Shown here piece after piece: positions 10,850 to 19,667 of a stretch of DNA of 64,000 nt. A model generated the notes under the pieces. The model had not been told where the DNA came from and did no database searches. It saw nothing but the letters and a program-made list of their open reading frames with translations. Both the position numbers and the translations under genes were made by a program. The stretch's first letter is position 1. Each line of letters begins with the position of its first letter. Source of the DNA: Limisphaerales bacterium (GTDB lineage: Bacteria > Verrucomicrobiota > Verrucomicrobiia > Limisphaerales > SIBE01); the NCBI GenBank assembly GCA_044225505.1, contig JBGAIN010000020.1, positions 1 through 64,000 of the forward strand, read 5' to 3'.

Positions 10850-11713
10850 CTAGAGGCGTCGTCGTTGAAACGGCTTTTGGCCCGCAGGCGCTGGAGTAAA
10901 TAGATCGCTCGAGTTCAGATTCAAGGCTTGTGCCATTTCAATAGCATAATCCAAGCGGCCCATGACAGGATAGCGGCCGTTCGAACCAAGAGAGAACTTG
11001 ACGCCTGCATCACGGGCATGATCGAGAAAGCTCCGTTTGGGAAGTTTGTAACTCGCGCTGATTTCCAGAGCGACCCCATATTTAATGGCGGCATCAATCA
11101 CTTTCTGCCGGCGAGAGGACGTCCAAAGGCGTTCGTAGTCGGGAAGCAATTGCGGAGGCAGCCAAGTGGTGTTGGCTAAAATGTCGAGGGGCTCTTTCGA
11201 CATAATTTCGACATGCCAATCGGCATAGCGATCCATGAAAGACTCCGGATCGCCAATCTCGGCTCCCTTCTCCCACAGTTTCATCCGACGGCCATCCTGG
11301 CCAGGAAAGGTCATGGCGTCGGACAGAACGAAATCGAGTTGACCGAGAACTTCCGAAGAGAAACAAGCGCGCCAATCGATCCATTCTGCTTGCACGCCCT
11401 TGTAAACGGGCTTGGAGTCCAGCATGGCCAAGTAGCGTTTGAGTTCGGCGTCGTTACTCAAGACGACGGGGTATTGGTTTTCTTTGGTCCCTGCATGTTC
11501 GACAATCCCGAATTTTACGCCTCGTTCCTGTGAGAGCTTGAGCACATTATCGATCGTGCTGTTGTCGAGATGGACGTGAAAATCGACCAGCGGAAATTTC
11601 AATGCTTCGACCGCGCGCGTGGGCCGTGAACTGTTAGGAAAGAGGAGCGATGGAAATGCTAAAACGGGAACCGCCCGAGCGAGAAAATGACGACGCGAGA
11701 GTGATGTGCTCAT
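10850..11713 (-). CDS. Tat-exported PHP-family metallophosphoesterase-like protein
   Basis: Twin-arginine signal SRRHFL; PHP motifs DFHVH, GIVEH, GVQAE, ALEIS and LGSN. Confidence 0.75.
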   Translation of the reverse strand: MSTSLSRRHFLARAVPVLAFPSLLFPNSSRPTRAVEALKFPLVDFHVHLDNSTIDNVLKLSQERGVKFGIVEHAGTKENQYPVVLSNDAELKRYLAMLDSKPVYKGVQAEWIDWRACFSSEVLGQLDFVLSDAMTFPGQDGRRMKLWEKGAEIGDPESFMDRYADWHVEIMSKEPLDILANTTWLPPQLLPDYERLWTSSRRQKVIDAAIKYGVALEISASYKLPKRSFLDHARDAGVKFSLGSNGRYPVMGRLDYAIEMAQALNLNSSDLFTPAPAGQKPFQRRRL

Positions 11714-11904
11714 AAGTGAGTGTGCGCATTGTATGGTGGGAGATTCAAGTGGGTAATGCTGGGAAGTGGAGGCAAGGAACGGTGTGGTTTCGCCAAAACA
11801 ATCGTAGCTGAGTGTCAAAAGATCTGCTACTGGCAATGACAAATACCGCCTGGCCGGAAGCGCGATTCTTTCGCACGTCCGTCAACCCCAGGCAGCTACA
11901 TGTT

Positions 11905-13275
11905 ATGAGTCCAAGCCCAGAACCGACCCTCACTACTTCTCGACGAGAATTCCTACGAGGCGCTGGATGTATCGCAGCCGCCTCCGTGCTCGCGGGTGCG
12001 GCAATCCCATACGTCCATGCTGCGGAAGACAACACCATTCGTTTGGCGCTGATTGGCTGCGGCGGCCGTGGCACTGGCGCAGCCGAGAATGCCCTGTCGG
12101 TGCGAAACGGACCCATCCAGTTAGTGGCGATGGCGGACGTTTTCCCGGACCGATTGAAGAGCAGCTACAAAGGATTGAGCAGCCGTTTTGCGGACAAGAT
12201 GGATGTGCCGGAGGATCGTAAGTTCATTGGGTTTGATGCCTACAAGAAAGCGATGGACTGTTTGCGACCTGGTGACGTTGCGATCTTCGCTACACCTCCA
12301 GCCTTTCGCTGGGTCCATTTTACTTACGCGATTGCAAAGGGACTTAATGTATTTATGGAGAAGCCCGTGACCGTCGATGGACCAACCACGCGTCGTATGT
12401 TCAAGCTCGCGGAGCAAGCCGAGGCGAAGAACCTTAAAGTGGGCGTCGGTTTGATGGTGCGTCACTGCAAAGGACGCAAGGAACTTCACGAACGGATTCG
12501 AGGCGGGGAGATCGGGGATTTGGTGGCGCTACGCGCTTTTCGAATGGGCGCCACCGCCGCGAACGTAGGACCTAAGCCAGCTGCTCAACAGGAGTTGCTC
12601 TATCAGATTCGTAATTTCCATAGCTTTCTCTGGGCGAGCGGTGGGGTGTATAGCGATTTTTACATCCACCAGATTGATGAGTGCTCTTGGATGAAGGGAG
12701 CCTGGCCGACGAAAGCGCAGGCGCTTGGAGGGCGCCATTACCGCGGAAATGCGGTGGACCAAAATTTCGATACGTATTCTGTGGAGTATACGTTTCCAGA
12801 CGGAACAAAATTGTTTTATTACGGCCGGAACATGGCCGGATGCCACGATGAGTTCGCGAGCTATGCCCACGGAACGAAGGGCTGCGCAATCATTTCGACA
12901 GCGAGTCACGCTCCGGGAAAAGTGCGAACTTTTAAAGGCCAAAGCTTCACCCGCACGGAGTTGCTTTGGGCATTCCCGCAGCCCGAACCGAGTCCCTACC
13001 AACTTGAATGGGACGACCTCGTGGACGCGATTCGCCGCGACCTCCCTTATAACGAGGCCCGACGCGGAGCCGAGGCCAGCTTGGTCTCGTCGATGGGACG
13101 CATGGCGGCGCATACTGGGCAGATTATCGAGTGGGACGACATTCTTAACTCAGACCATGAGTTTGCTCCGGATGTCGACAAGCTTAGCCCCGAAACACCA
13201 CCTCCGCTATTCGCCGGGTCTGACGGAAAATACCCTGTTCCTCAACCGGGAGTTGTGAAACAGCGGGAGTACTAG
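11905..13275 (+). CDS. Tat-exported Gfo/Idh/MocA family oxidoreductase
   Basis: SRREFL Tat motif; ALIGCGGRG, ATPP, FMEKP and HQID. Confidence 0.92.
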   Translation: MSPSPEPTLTTSRREFLRGAGCIAAASVLAGAAIPYVHAAEDNTIRLALIGCGGRGTGAAENALSVRNGPIQLVAMADVFPDRLKSSYKGLSSRFADKMDVPEDRKFIGFDAYKKAMDCLRPGDVAIFATPPAFRWVHFTYAIAKGLNVFMEKPVTVDGPTTRRMFKLAEQAEAKNLKVGVGLMVRHCKGRKELHERIRGGEIGDLVALRAFRMGATAANVGPKPAAQQELLYQIRNFHSFLWASGGVYSDFYIHQIDECSWMKGAWPTKAQALGGRHYRGNAVDQNFDTYSVEYTFPDGTKLFYYGRNMAGCHDEFASYAHGTKGCAIISTASHAPGKVRTFKGQSFTRTELLWAFPQPEPSPYQLEWDDLVDAIRRDLPYNEARRGAEASLVSSMGRMAAHTGQIIEWDDILNSDHEFAPDVDKLSPETPPPLFAGSDGKYPVPQPGVVKQREY

Positions 13276-13297
13276 GCGTCGGTGACTCCGACCGGGG

Positions 13298-13663
13298 TCA
13301 GCGTCGGCCGGTGCGCCGGCGTTGATTTCGGGCGGCGTTGGATTTCTCGACGAGAATCTCCTGGTACTGGGCGTTGAAATCGTGAGCGAAACTTCGGAAT
13401 AAAGCGCGAAGAACCAGGCTGTTTGCTGCCGGGCATTTAAAGGGCAGGACATTGACCGCCCCGGAATACCTGACAAGCACGTCCTCGATGGGAGAATGAC
13501 TCTCGATGCGGCCGCTAACGCGGCGACCGTCAGAAAGGTGCATCGTGCACGTCAGTGCAAATTTCTGTTTCGTTGATTGGGATCTGATCATCGAGCCGCA
13601 GTTTTCGACGACCGAGTTCAGGAAGGCAATCGGGCAGAGCCTGAAATGAATATCGGGGTTCAC
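13298..13663 (-). CDS. Hypothetical protein downstream of mglB
   Basis: 121-aa ORF filling the gap between genes, co-oriented with mglAB; no recognised motif; start uncertain. Confidence 0.45.
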   Translation of the reverse strand: MNPDIHFRLCPIAFLNSVVENCGSMIRSQSTKQKFALTCTMHLSDGRRVSGRIESHSPIEDVLVRYSGAVNVLPFKCPAANSLVLRALFRSFAHDFNAQYQEILVEKSNAARNQRRRTGRR

Positions 13664-13704
13664 CCTGAGGCGAGGTTGGGGTGATGTTGATTCGGTGTGT
13701 GGGA

Positions 13705-14187
13705 TTACTGGGATCGCATTCGGAAGATATTGCTGGCGTCAGCGACGTTGAGCATGGCCAGATCAAAGCCCTCTTCCGGGGCGCGTTCGCGCGCTTTATG
13801 GAGCTGGGCGGCGATTGTTTGTACCGCAAAGGCGGCAAAATACTTGACGGCACCGACACTGGTGGCGGCTGGGAAAATGACGATGAGAGTGTGTTGTCGG
13901 TTGATCTGCACGATCAGGATGCTGTAGCGCAAACCCTGCTGGTAAACGTTCGAGAAGCTGGACTCGCTCAGCAGACCGGCAATGGCTTGGGTAGCGCTAA
14001 ACGCATTGGCGGCAAGCGCTGTTAGGCAAGTTGGATCAAATTGGCTGGTATCACCTTTGTTGAAGATCAGGAACCCGCCTTCAGCAGCGACCAGAGCGGC
14101 CGTCGCTTCGCTTTTGACGAGAAAGTCCTGGAGCGCACCTTCTATCTCCTGAACATCCTCTGCCATCAATTGAGGGAGGCTAGGCAT
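13705..14187 (-). CDS. mglB: Roadblock/LC7 protein, MglB-like GAP
   Basis: Pattern AALVAAEGGFLI...LTALAANAFSATQAIAGLLSESSFSNVYQQG...SVGAVKY; overlaps the mglA stop by 8 nt. Confidence 0.88.
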   Translation of the reverse strand: MPSLPQLMAEDVQEIEGALQDFLVKSEATAALVAAEGGFLIFNKGDTSQFDPTCLTALAANAFSATQAIAGLLSESSFSNVYQQGLRYSILIVQINRQHTLIVIFPAATSVGAVKYFAAFAVQTIAAQLHKARERAPEEGFDLAMLNVADASNIFRMRSQ

Positions 14188-14800
14188 AAACCGCGGATTT
14201 GCGGCCGCTTTCAGTAATGAATTTGTGTAGCAAAAGGCGCGTAATCATATTCAATGACTCGAACACGCCTTCGCATTTACTTGCACAAGCTTGGAACGAC
14301 GGAACCTGAACTTCTCGATTGTTCAAAAGGAATTCCATGTAATCAACAGGGGCGACGGAGGGAAGGTCACGCTTGTTATACTGCAGAACGTAAGGTATCT
14401 CCGAAAGGCTCAGCTTGAGCGCATGAAGATTTTCCTCCAAATTGGTGAAACTCTCCACGTTCTCAGCCATTTTGTCGTACTGGGAATCAGCGACGAAGAC
14501 AATGCCATCCACTCCGCGTAGGACCAGTTGGCGCGTCGTATTGTAGATCACTTGGCCTGGCACTGTGTATAATTGGAATTTCGTCCGAAAGCCCTTGATC
14601 GATAATGCTTCCAAAGGCAAGAAATCGAAGAAAAGTGTGCGATCTGAACTTGTTGCCAGGGAAACGAGCTTACCCTTTTCTTGCACGGATTCCACGTGGT
14701 CGTGGATTTTGATAATGTTGGTGGTTTTGCCGCAAAGCGCTGGCCCGTAATAGACGATCTTAACGTGAAGCTCCTTGGTGGCTTGATTAATTATAGCCAT
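14180..14800 (-). CDS. mglA: MglA-family Ras-like small GTPase
   Basis: KIVYYGPALCGKTTN (G1), DRTLFFDF (intrinsic Arg finger), YTVPGQ (G3) and QYNKRD (G4). Confidence 0.95.
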   Translation of the reverse strand: MAIINQATKELHVKIVYYGPALCGKTTNIIKIHDHVESVQEKGKLVSLATSSDRTLFFDFLPLEALSIKGFRTKFQLYTVPGQVIYNTTRQLVLRGVDGIVFVADSQYDKMAENVESFTNLEENLHALKLSLSEIPYVLQYNKRDLPSVAPVDYMEFLLNNREVQVPSFQACASKCEGVFESLNMITRLLLHKFITESGRKSAVYA

Positions 14801-14807
14801 ACTCTCC

Positions 14808-16529
14808 TTAATTGGTTCGGTGGGATAATTGCGCTGCCAGTGCCACAAGTTGTGCCCGCGGAAGGGTCTCCGAGGGTTTACCGAGCACGGCAAGATAGGC
14901 ACCGCTTGCTTTGAAAATCATCATTGGCCCTGATCCCACTAGCATCTCCAATTGCGAAGGTTCTCCCAGTTGGAGCTCGCGGGTGTACTGCGCTAGGCGC
15001 GTATGAATTTGTGGGAGAATGCCGGCCATCAGTTCGGCACTCATACTGGCGGGGAGGTGGCTGGCGATCACGAGGCCGTCGGGCGTTGCCATGATGGCTC
15101 CAACAACACCGCTCAAGAGGCAGGCTCGTTGCACCAGATCGCCCGGCAACGCCGGACCGCGGACCGCTGGTGCTGCTGGAGTTGCGCCTGGCTTTGGCTG
15201 CTGGCTGGGTTGCGCGTCGTGCTTTGCGGTCGCTCCACTCGCGGGCTCTGATTTGATGGCAGGAGCGACTGGGCCGCTGGGATCGACAGGCTTCCGGGCC
15301 GCAAAAACGTCAGGGATCTCACCGCCCGCAGGCACAGGCTTGGCTTTCTCCGGTCCGGAGAGCCTTGCGAGAAAGAGGGGTGTCAAAACCGGAAGCGGGA
15401 GTTCGAGGACCGCCTCGTCATGCTCGACCATGGCGGTAATCGGACGAGGACTCGCCCACATTCGAAGCTGTTTCCAGGTGAAAGTCGCCTTGCCACGCTT
15501 CATGGCGGCCTCTAACTCCGTATAAGGAATCTGGACGATGGCAGCTAAGTGCGACGCCATGATTTCGCGGCGCATCGCCTCCGGCCAGTTACGGGCGATG
15601 GCTGCGAGCGGCGCTTTGACGGGTTCCTGAACGGACGCTGGCCCGGTGGCCGGAGTTGGCAATCCCTCGGCACTGATTATTGCCGGCACTGGTTCAGGAT
15701 TGCTGGATGGCGGTTCTGCTCGTGGGGCTTGCGCCGGACGGGGAGCCAACGGTGTGGCAGGCTTTGCGGGCTGGCTTTGGCTCGTGGGCCTCGTCGGCGG
15801 AATGCTCGGATTCGTGCTGGCAATCGCCCGACTCGACGCGAGATCATCCTGATGTCCGGGCACACTCTTGGGCTTGGCCACTGTTTTGCTGGCTTGGGCC
15901 GCTGGTGTGGGCTGCGCCGGAGTAGATTTAGAAGGAACGGCTGCGGTGTTGGGCGTCGGCGGAACGGGTGGTGCGGCACTGACTGCGCGTGCGGTGAAGA
16001 CTGCTGGAACCGCTTCTGGCTCGGCCACCTTTTTCTGTTCAGGCCTTCGGGCAAGGTAGGAAGACCCGAGACGAGGCAGGACTTCTGCCAACGGCACCTC
16101 CACGAGTGTTTCATCGGACGCTCGTCCGGGAGGAAAGATACCCGGCGTGACTCCGTGTTTGAGCTCACGGAACGGGATGCGAACAGCCCCGTGAGGTAGT
16201 TGATCCACGACCGTGCTGATCGGCAGCTTGATTACATCCGCCCGACTCGGAGCGCGACCAACGTCGACTCGGAGGGCCGGTGCAAGTCGGTCGAACACGG
16301 GGAGAAGCGGGATCTCGACGCAGGCTTGATTTGCGGGGCTTGGGTGCGTGGCTATAGGCGTGGCGACATGCGGCACGCTGGCAGTGACGTTGACGGTCGC
16401 CGCGGGCGCGCGATTGGCATCCGCAATTTCAAATTCCGGCTCGTTCTTGATCGGCTCTGAATTGGATGATTTCGAGACAGGGGCCTGGGTCCGAGTGTCG
16501 CCGAACAGACGTTTGATGAATCTAAACAT
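14808..16529 (-). CDS. Pro/Ala-rich scaffold with two copies of an unnamed domain and a C-terminal roadblock/LC7 domain
   Basis: C-terminal LSGVVGAIMATPDGLVIASHLP...ELQLGEPSQLEMLV...YLAVLG is roadblock-like. Repeats at aa 71-181 and 304-412; N-terminus MFRFIKRLFG. Confidence 0.82.
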   Translation of the reverse strand: MFRFIKRLFGDTRTQAPVSKSSNSEPIKNEPEFEIADANRAPAATVNVTASVPHVATPIATHPSPANQACVEIPLLPVFDRLAPALRVDVGRAPSRADVIKLPISTVVDQLPHGAVRIPFRELKHGVTPGIFPPGRASDETLVEVPLAEVLPRLGSSYLARRPEQKKVAEPEAVPAVFTARAVSAAPPVPPTPNTAAVPSKSTPAQPTPAAQASKTVAKPKSVPGHQDDLASSRAIASTNPSIPPTRPTSQSQPAKPATPLAPRPAQAPRAEPPSSNPEPVPAIISAEGLPTPATGPASVQEPVKAPLAAIARNWPEAMRREIMASHLAAIVQIPYTELEAAMKRGKATFTWKQLRMWASPRPITAMVEHDEAVLELPLPVLTPLFLARLSGPEKAKPVPAGGEIPDVFAARKPVDPSGPVAPAIKSEPASGATAKHDAQPSQQPKPGATPAAPAVRGPALPGDLVQRACLLSGVVGAIMATPDGLVIASHLPASMSAELMAGILPQIHTRLAQYTRELQLGEPSQLEMLVGSGPMMIFKASGAYLAVLGKPSETLPRAQLVALAAQLSHRTN

Positions 16530-16648
16530 GTGAAAATTGGTTCACTCGCGCTGGCGCTCGTATTATCTGCCTTAGACAAGTAAGGGGATCGTGCATTTTT
16601 CATACCAGAGCGGCGGTATTGGCAAGGAACAAGCTGTTGGTCCCGACG

Positions 16649-17734
16649 ATGGAAACGTTAGCGCGCCATAAAATCCTGTTACTTGACGACGACCAGGATC
16701 TTTTGGATGTCTACCGGGAGATCCTCGCTCGCTTGCCGAGCAAGCCGGAAATCCACACTGCGACTTCGGGCGCCCGTGCGTTAGCCTTACTTAATTCGCA
16801 TCCCTTCAGTTTGTTGCTCTGCGATTTACGGATGCCAAAAATGGACGGTTTGCAGGTTCTGACGATCGTTCGTCGCAAGTTTCCGCAGTTGAGAACCGCT
16901 GTCCTAACCTGCATCTTGGATGAGCAATTTCGGGCACGGGCTTATGCCATGGGAATTGATTTATTCTTAGAAAAGCCGAATTCGAGTAAGGAAATTAGCT
17001 TTCTTCTGGATTGTATTGAGTCACTCCTCGACCGAGAGCAAGCTGGCGGTTTTCGTGGGGTCCAAAGCAAGAGCTTGGTCGACCTGGTTCAGCTCGAATG
17101 TCTCTCCCAGAGTTCCTCCGTCTTGAAAGTCAGCCAAGGCGGAAGCGAAGGTAAGATTTGGATTCATAACGGCGAAGTCATCGATGCCAAAGTGGATGAG
17201 CTTTCAGGAGTCGACGCTTTTCGGCGAATTCTCGCCTGGAAGACTGGAAGTTTTGAACTGCTGCCGGCGGAGCAAGGGCGGAATAGGGCGATCTTTGCGT
17301 CCTACCAAGGGCTATTGCTCGAGACGGCTCAAGCGCTGGATGAAAAGCAAGGCGCCTCTTTGCCGCCAGGCCTCGCTACGACCAACGGTGCGATCACGCC
17401 AGCTCATTCAAGACTTTTGGAGGTCTCACGGTTCCATGGAGTCGAGTTTGCGCTTACTGTGGAAACGAACGACCGAAGTCATCATGACTCGTGGGGCCTG
17501 GACGCTCCCGATGTGATGGCAGCTTGGAGCCAATCGACGGTGAAGGGATTCAGCGATCTCGGAGAGACTCTCCAGGCGGGAATGCTCAATCGGTTGGAGG
17601 CACACGGCTCAATTCAAAATTTGGCTGTGGCCACGCGCGGTGATACCACCCTTTGCGTCGGCTTTTATCGGTCGCTGCCTCCAGAAACACAACGTGAAAC
17701 CATGCACAAGATCCTCTGCAAATGGGCCTCTTAA
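16649..17734 (+). CDS. Response regulator: REC + DUF4388 (PATAN-like) + probable degenerate roadblock domain
   Basis: REC: ILLLDDD...CDLRMPKMDG...FLEKP. DUF4388: GFRGVQSKSLVDLVQLE...GKIWIHNGEVIDA...GVDAFRRILAWKTGSF. Confidence 0.88.
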   Translation: METLARHKILLLDDDQDLLDVYREILARLPSKPEIHTATSGARALALLNSHPFSLLLCDLRMPKMDGLQVLTIVRRKFPQLRTAVLTCILDEQFRARAYAMGIDLFLEKPNSSKEISFLLDCIESLLDREQAGGFRGVQSKSLVDLVQLECLSQSSSVLKVSQGGSEGKIWIHNGEVIDAKVDELSGVDAFRRILAWKTGSFELLPAEQGRNRAIFASYQGLLLETAQALDEKQGASLPPGLATTNGAITPAHSRLLEVSRFHGVEFALTVETNDRSHHDSWGLDAPDVMAAWSQSTVKGFSDLGETLQAGMLNRLEAHGSIQNLAVATRGDTTLCVGFYRSLPPETQRETMHKILCKWAS

Positions 17735-18021
17735 GCTTTCGTAATCGCCCCACCAGTCTGAACCTGGTGCGTTTGCCAAACGGCAGTTTTACTGTCGATC
17801 TCCACGGTAGAATCGTCAGTTCGACTCTGCCGCAGACATTCCCAGAAGCGTGGGCGGAACAGATTGGCAAACATGTAGTGACGACATTCCGTGCTGCTCA
17901 AACCGCGGACGTGCCGATTGGCGAACTGGTTGCTGAGTATTCAGCGTTGAAACTCACAGCTCGCGCCTTTCGCGGAGGTGCTATTATTTTTCTTTCTCCC
18001 CAAGGCCTTGGTCGAAAATAG
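17722..18021 (+). CDS. Small hypothetical protein, probable divergent roadblock/profilin-like fold
   Basis: GSFTVDLHGRIVSSTLP, then a helix, then IGELVAEY...LKLTARAFRGGAIIFL; overlaps the upstream gene by 13 nt. Confidence 0.65.
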   Translation: MGLLSFRNRPTSLNLVRLPNGSFTVDLHGRIVSSTLPQTFPEAWAEQIGKHVVTTFRAAQTADVPIGELVAEYSALKLTARAFRGGAIIFLSPQGLGRK

Positions 18022-18026
18022 GTTCC

Positions 18027-18434
18027 GTGCCCTCTATGCGAAACAAGAAGATCGAGAGATTGATTTTGCAGATGGAGAACCATCTGGAGTGTTGGAAGCA
18101 GTTTAATTACTACTTGGGGCTTGCGCGGAACAAGCGATTTAGCTCTGAAGACGAAAACCAGTTTCTGGAGATTAAGAGTGTCCTGACACAGGAGCTGGAA
18201 ATGATCTTAAGCTGCGTGGAATCCGGTGCGCCAGCCAAAGAGGAAATACACGCGCTGGTTAGCGGAGCTCCCTCTATTCGGTACTTAAGTGAGTTGAACG
18301 ACGGCGCGCTTCGCGGTGTCGAAAATCAGTGGCACCGGATCTACATTGCCTGGCAGTCGCTCCTTGGGCAGCTCAAAGTGCAACAGTTCCAAAGTGAATC
18401 TAAATCCGTCTGGAATGTGTTGGCAGGAGGTTAA
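18027..18434 (+). CDS. Hypothetical all-helical protein, last gene of the divergent Mgl-associated operon
   Basis: 135-aa ORF starting 5 nt after the preceding gene; amphipathic helical pattern. Confidence 0.75.
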   Translation: MPSMRNKKIERLILQMENHLECWKQFNYYLGLARNKRFSSEDENQFLEIKSVLTQELEMILSCVESGAPAKEEIHALVSGAPSIRYLSELNDGALRGVENQWHRIYIAWQSLLGQLKVQQFQSESKSVWNVLAGG

Positions 18435-18530
18435 CCCTCCCGATGCTAAGCCTGGTTTGGACGACCTTTAGCTGTTCTCGGTTGACACCGCATTCTGCGA
18501 AAACGTGCTATGGCGCCGCGGTCCGCTGGG

Positions 18531-18953
18531 CTACCCCTTGCCCGGCGGCTTTGTCAGGACGTGGATACTCTTGATTCCGGCCAGTTTGGCCGCGTCCCAT
18601 ACTTTAAGCACCTGCCCCCAAGGAGCCCCGGTGTCCGGCTGCAACGATACGCTCACGTCATGATTCTTGTTCGCGTTGGCCGCTAACTCCTCTTGTAGTC
18701 GGTCGGATGTGATCGGGTGTCGGCCAAGATAGAAATAAGGCTCATCTTTCGCGATCGTCACGATCAGGGTTTGAGGGGCTTCCGACGCTCCAGGTTTGGC
18801 TTGCTTAGACTCGGGTAAAACCAGCTTGAGCGCCGGCTGTTGCCTAAAGGTGGTGGTTACCATCAGAAAGATAAGGAGCACAATGAGGATATCGATGAGC
18901 GAGATGATGATGATCGCTGGTGCTTGGCGTCGCTTGCGTTCGCTGAACTTCAT
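18531..18953 (-). CDS. exbD: Biopolymer transport protein ExbD/TolR
   Basis: ISLIDILIVLLIFLMVTTTF TM helix with the conserved Asp; overlaps the exbB stop. Confidence 0.92.
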   Translation of the reverse strand: MKFSERKRRQAPAIIIISLIDILIVLLIFLMVTTTFRQQPALKLVLPESKQAKPGASEAPQTLIVTIAKDEPYFYLGRHPITSDRLQEELAANANKNHDVSVSLQPDTGAPWGQVLKVWDAAKLAGIKSIHVLTKPPGKG

Positions 18954-19570
18954 ACGCGCACCCGTTTTCCCGTGCTATAGTAGCGACTAAGAAACTCGTC
19001 GCAAAGCGTCTCCATTTCGACGGTGAGTGTCTCCACCTTTTTGTTGTAGTAGCTCCAAGCGACCAACGAAGGAATTGCGATCAGCAACCCCATTAAGGTC
19101 GTGTTCAGCGCAATGGCGATTCCCGCTGCCAGGACCGAATTGTCCGCAAGTCCGCTTCGCCCGAGGTCGCCGAAGAGACGGATGAGACCATGGATCGTTC
19201 CCACCAATCCTAGCAATGGGGCAATTCCCACGACGATTTCCAAAACAACGAGACCACGTTCCAATTGCAGAACCTCGTGGCGGGCGCGCGTTTCGATAGC
19301 ATCGATATTCTCCTGCCGCGGCCGTTGCAGATGATCGTGCGCGGTCAGCAAGAGGCGGCTAAAACTCGAAGGGCGGGCTTCGCAAGCCTGACGCAGATCG
19401 GCCAGATCCTCCGGGACAAGACACCGGTTGACGGCGCTCTCAACGTCGGAGGGAATAACTCGGCGCCAGCGCAATGCCAGGCCGCGTTCAATGATAAACG
19501 CGAGACCTACCACGGAAGTCGCGAGCAGAAATATCATGAAAACTCCGCCCGCTCTGAAAAATTCAACCAT
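18950..19570 (-). CDS. exbB: MotA/TolQ/ExbB proton channel protein
   Basis: IAPLLGLVGTIHGLI...GIAIALNTTLMGLLIAIP. Confidence 0.93.
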   Translation of the reverse strand: MVEFFRAGGVFMIFLLATSVVGLAFIIERGLALRWRRVIPSDVESAVNRCLVPEDLADLRQACEARPSSFSRLLLTAHDHLQRPRQENIDAIETRARHEVLQLERGLVVLEIVVGIAPLLGLVGTIHGLIRLFGDLGRSGLADNSVLAAGIAIALNTTLMGLLIAIPSLVAWSYYNKKVETLTVEMETLCDEFLSRYYSTGKRVRV

Positions 19571-19667
19571 AGATTTATGAAGTGCTCGTTTGCGGCTTGG
19601 CGCCGCTTTGTTTGTTATGGACTCTGATTCGTCAACGCTTCATGAGCCTCGACAACTCTCTTGCCGC

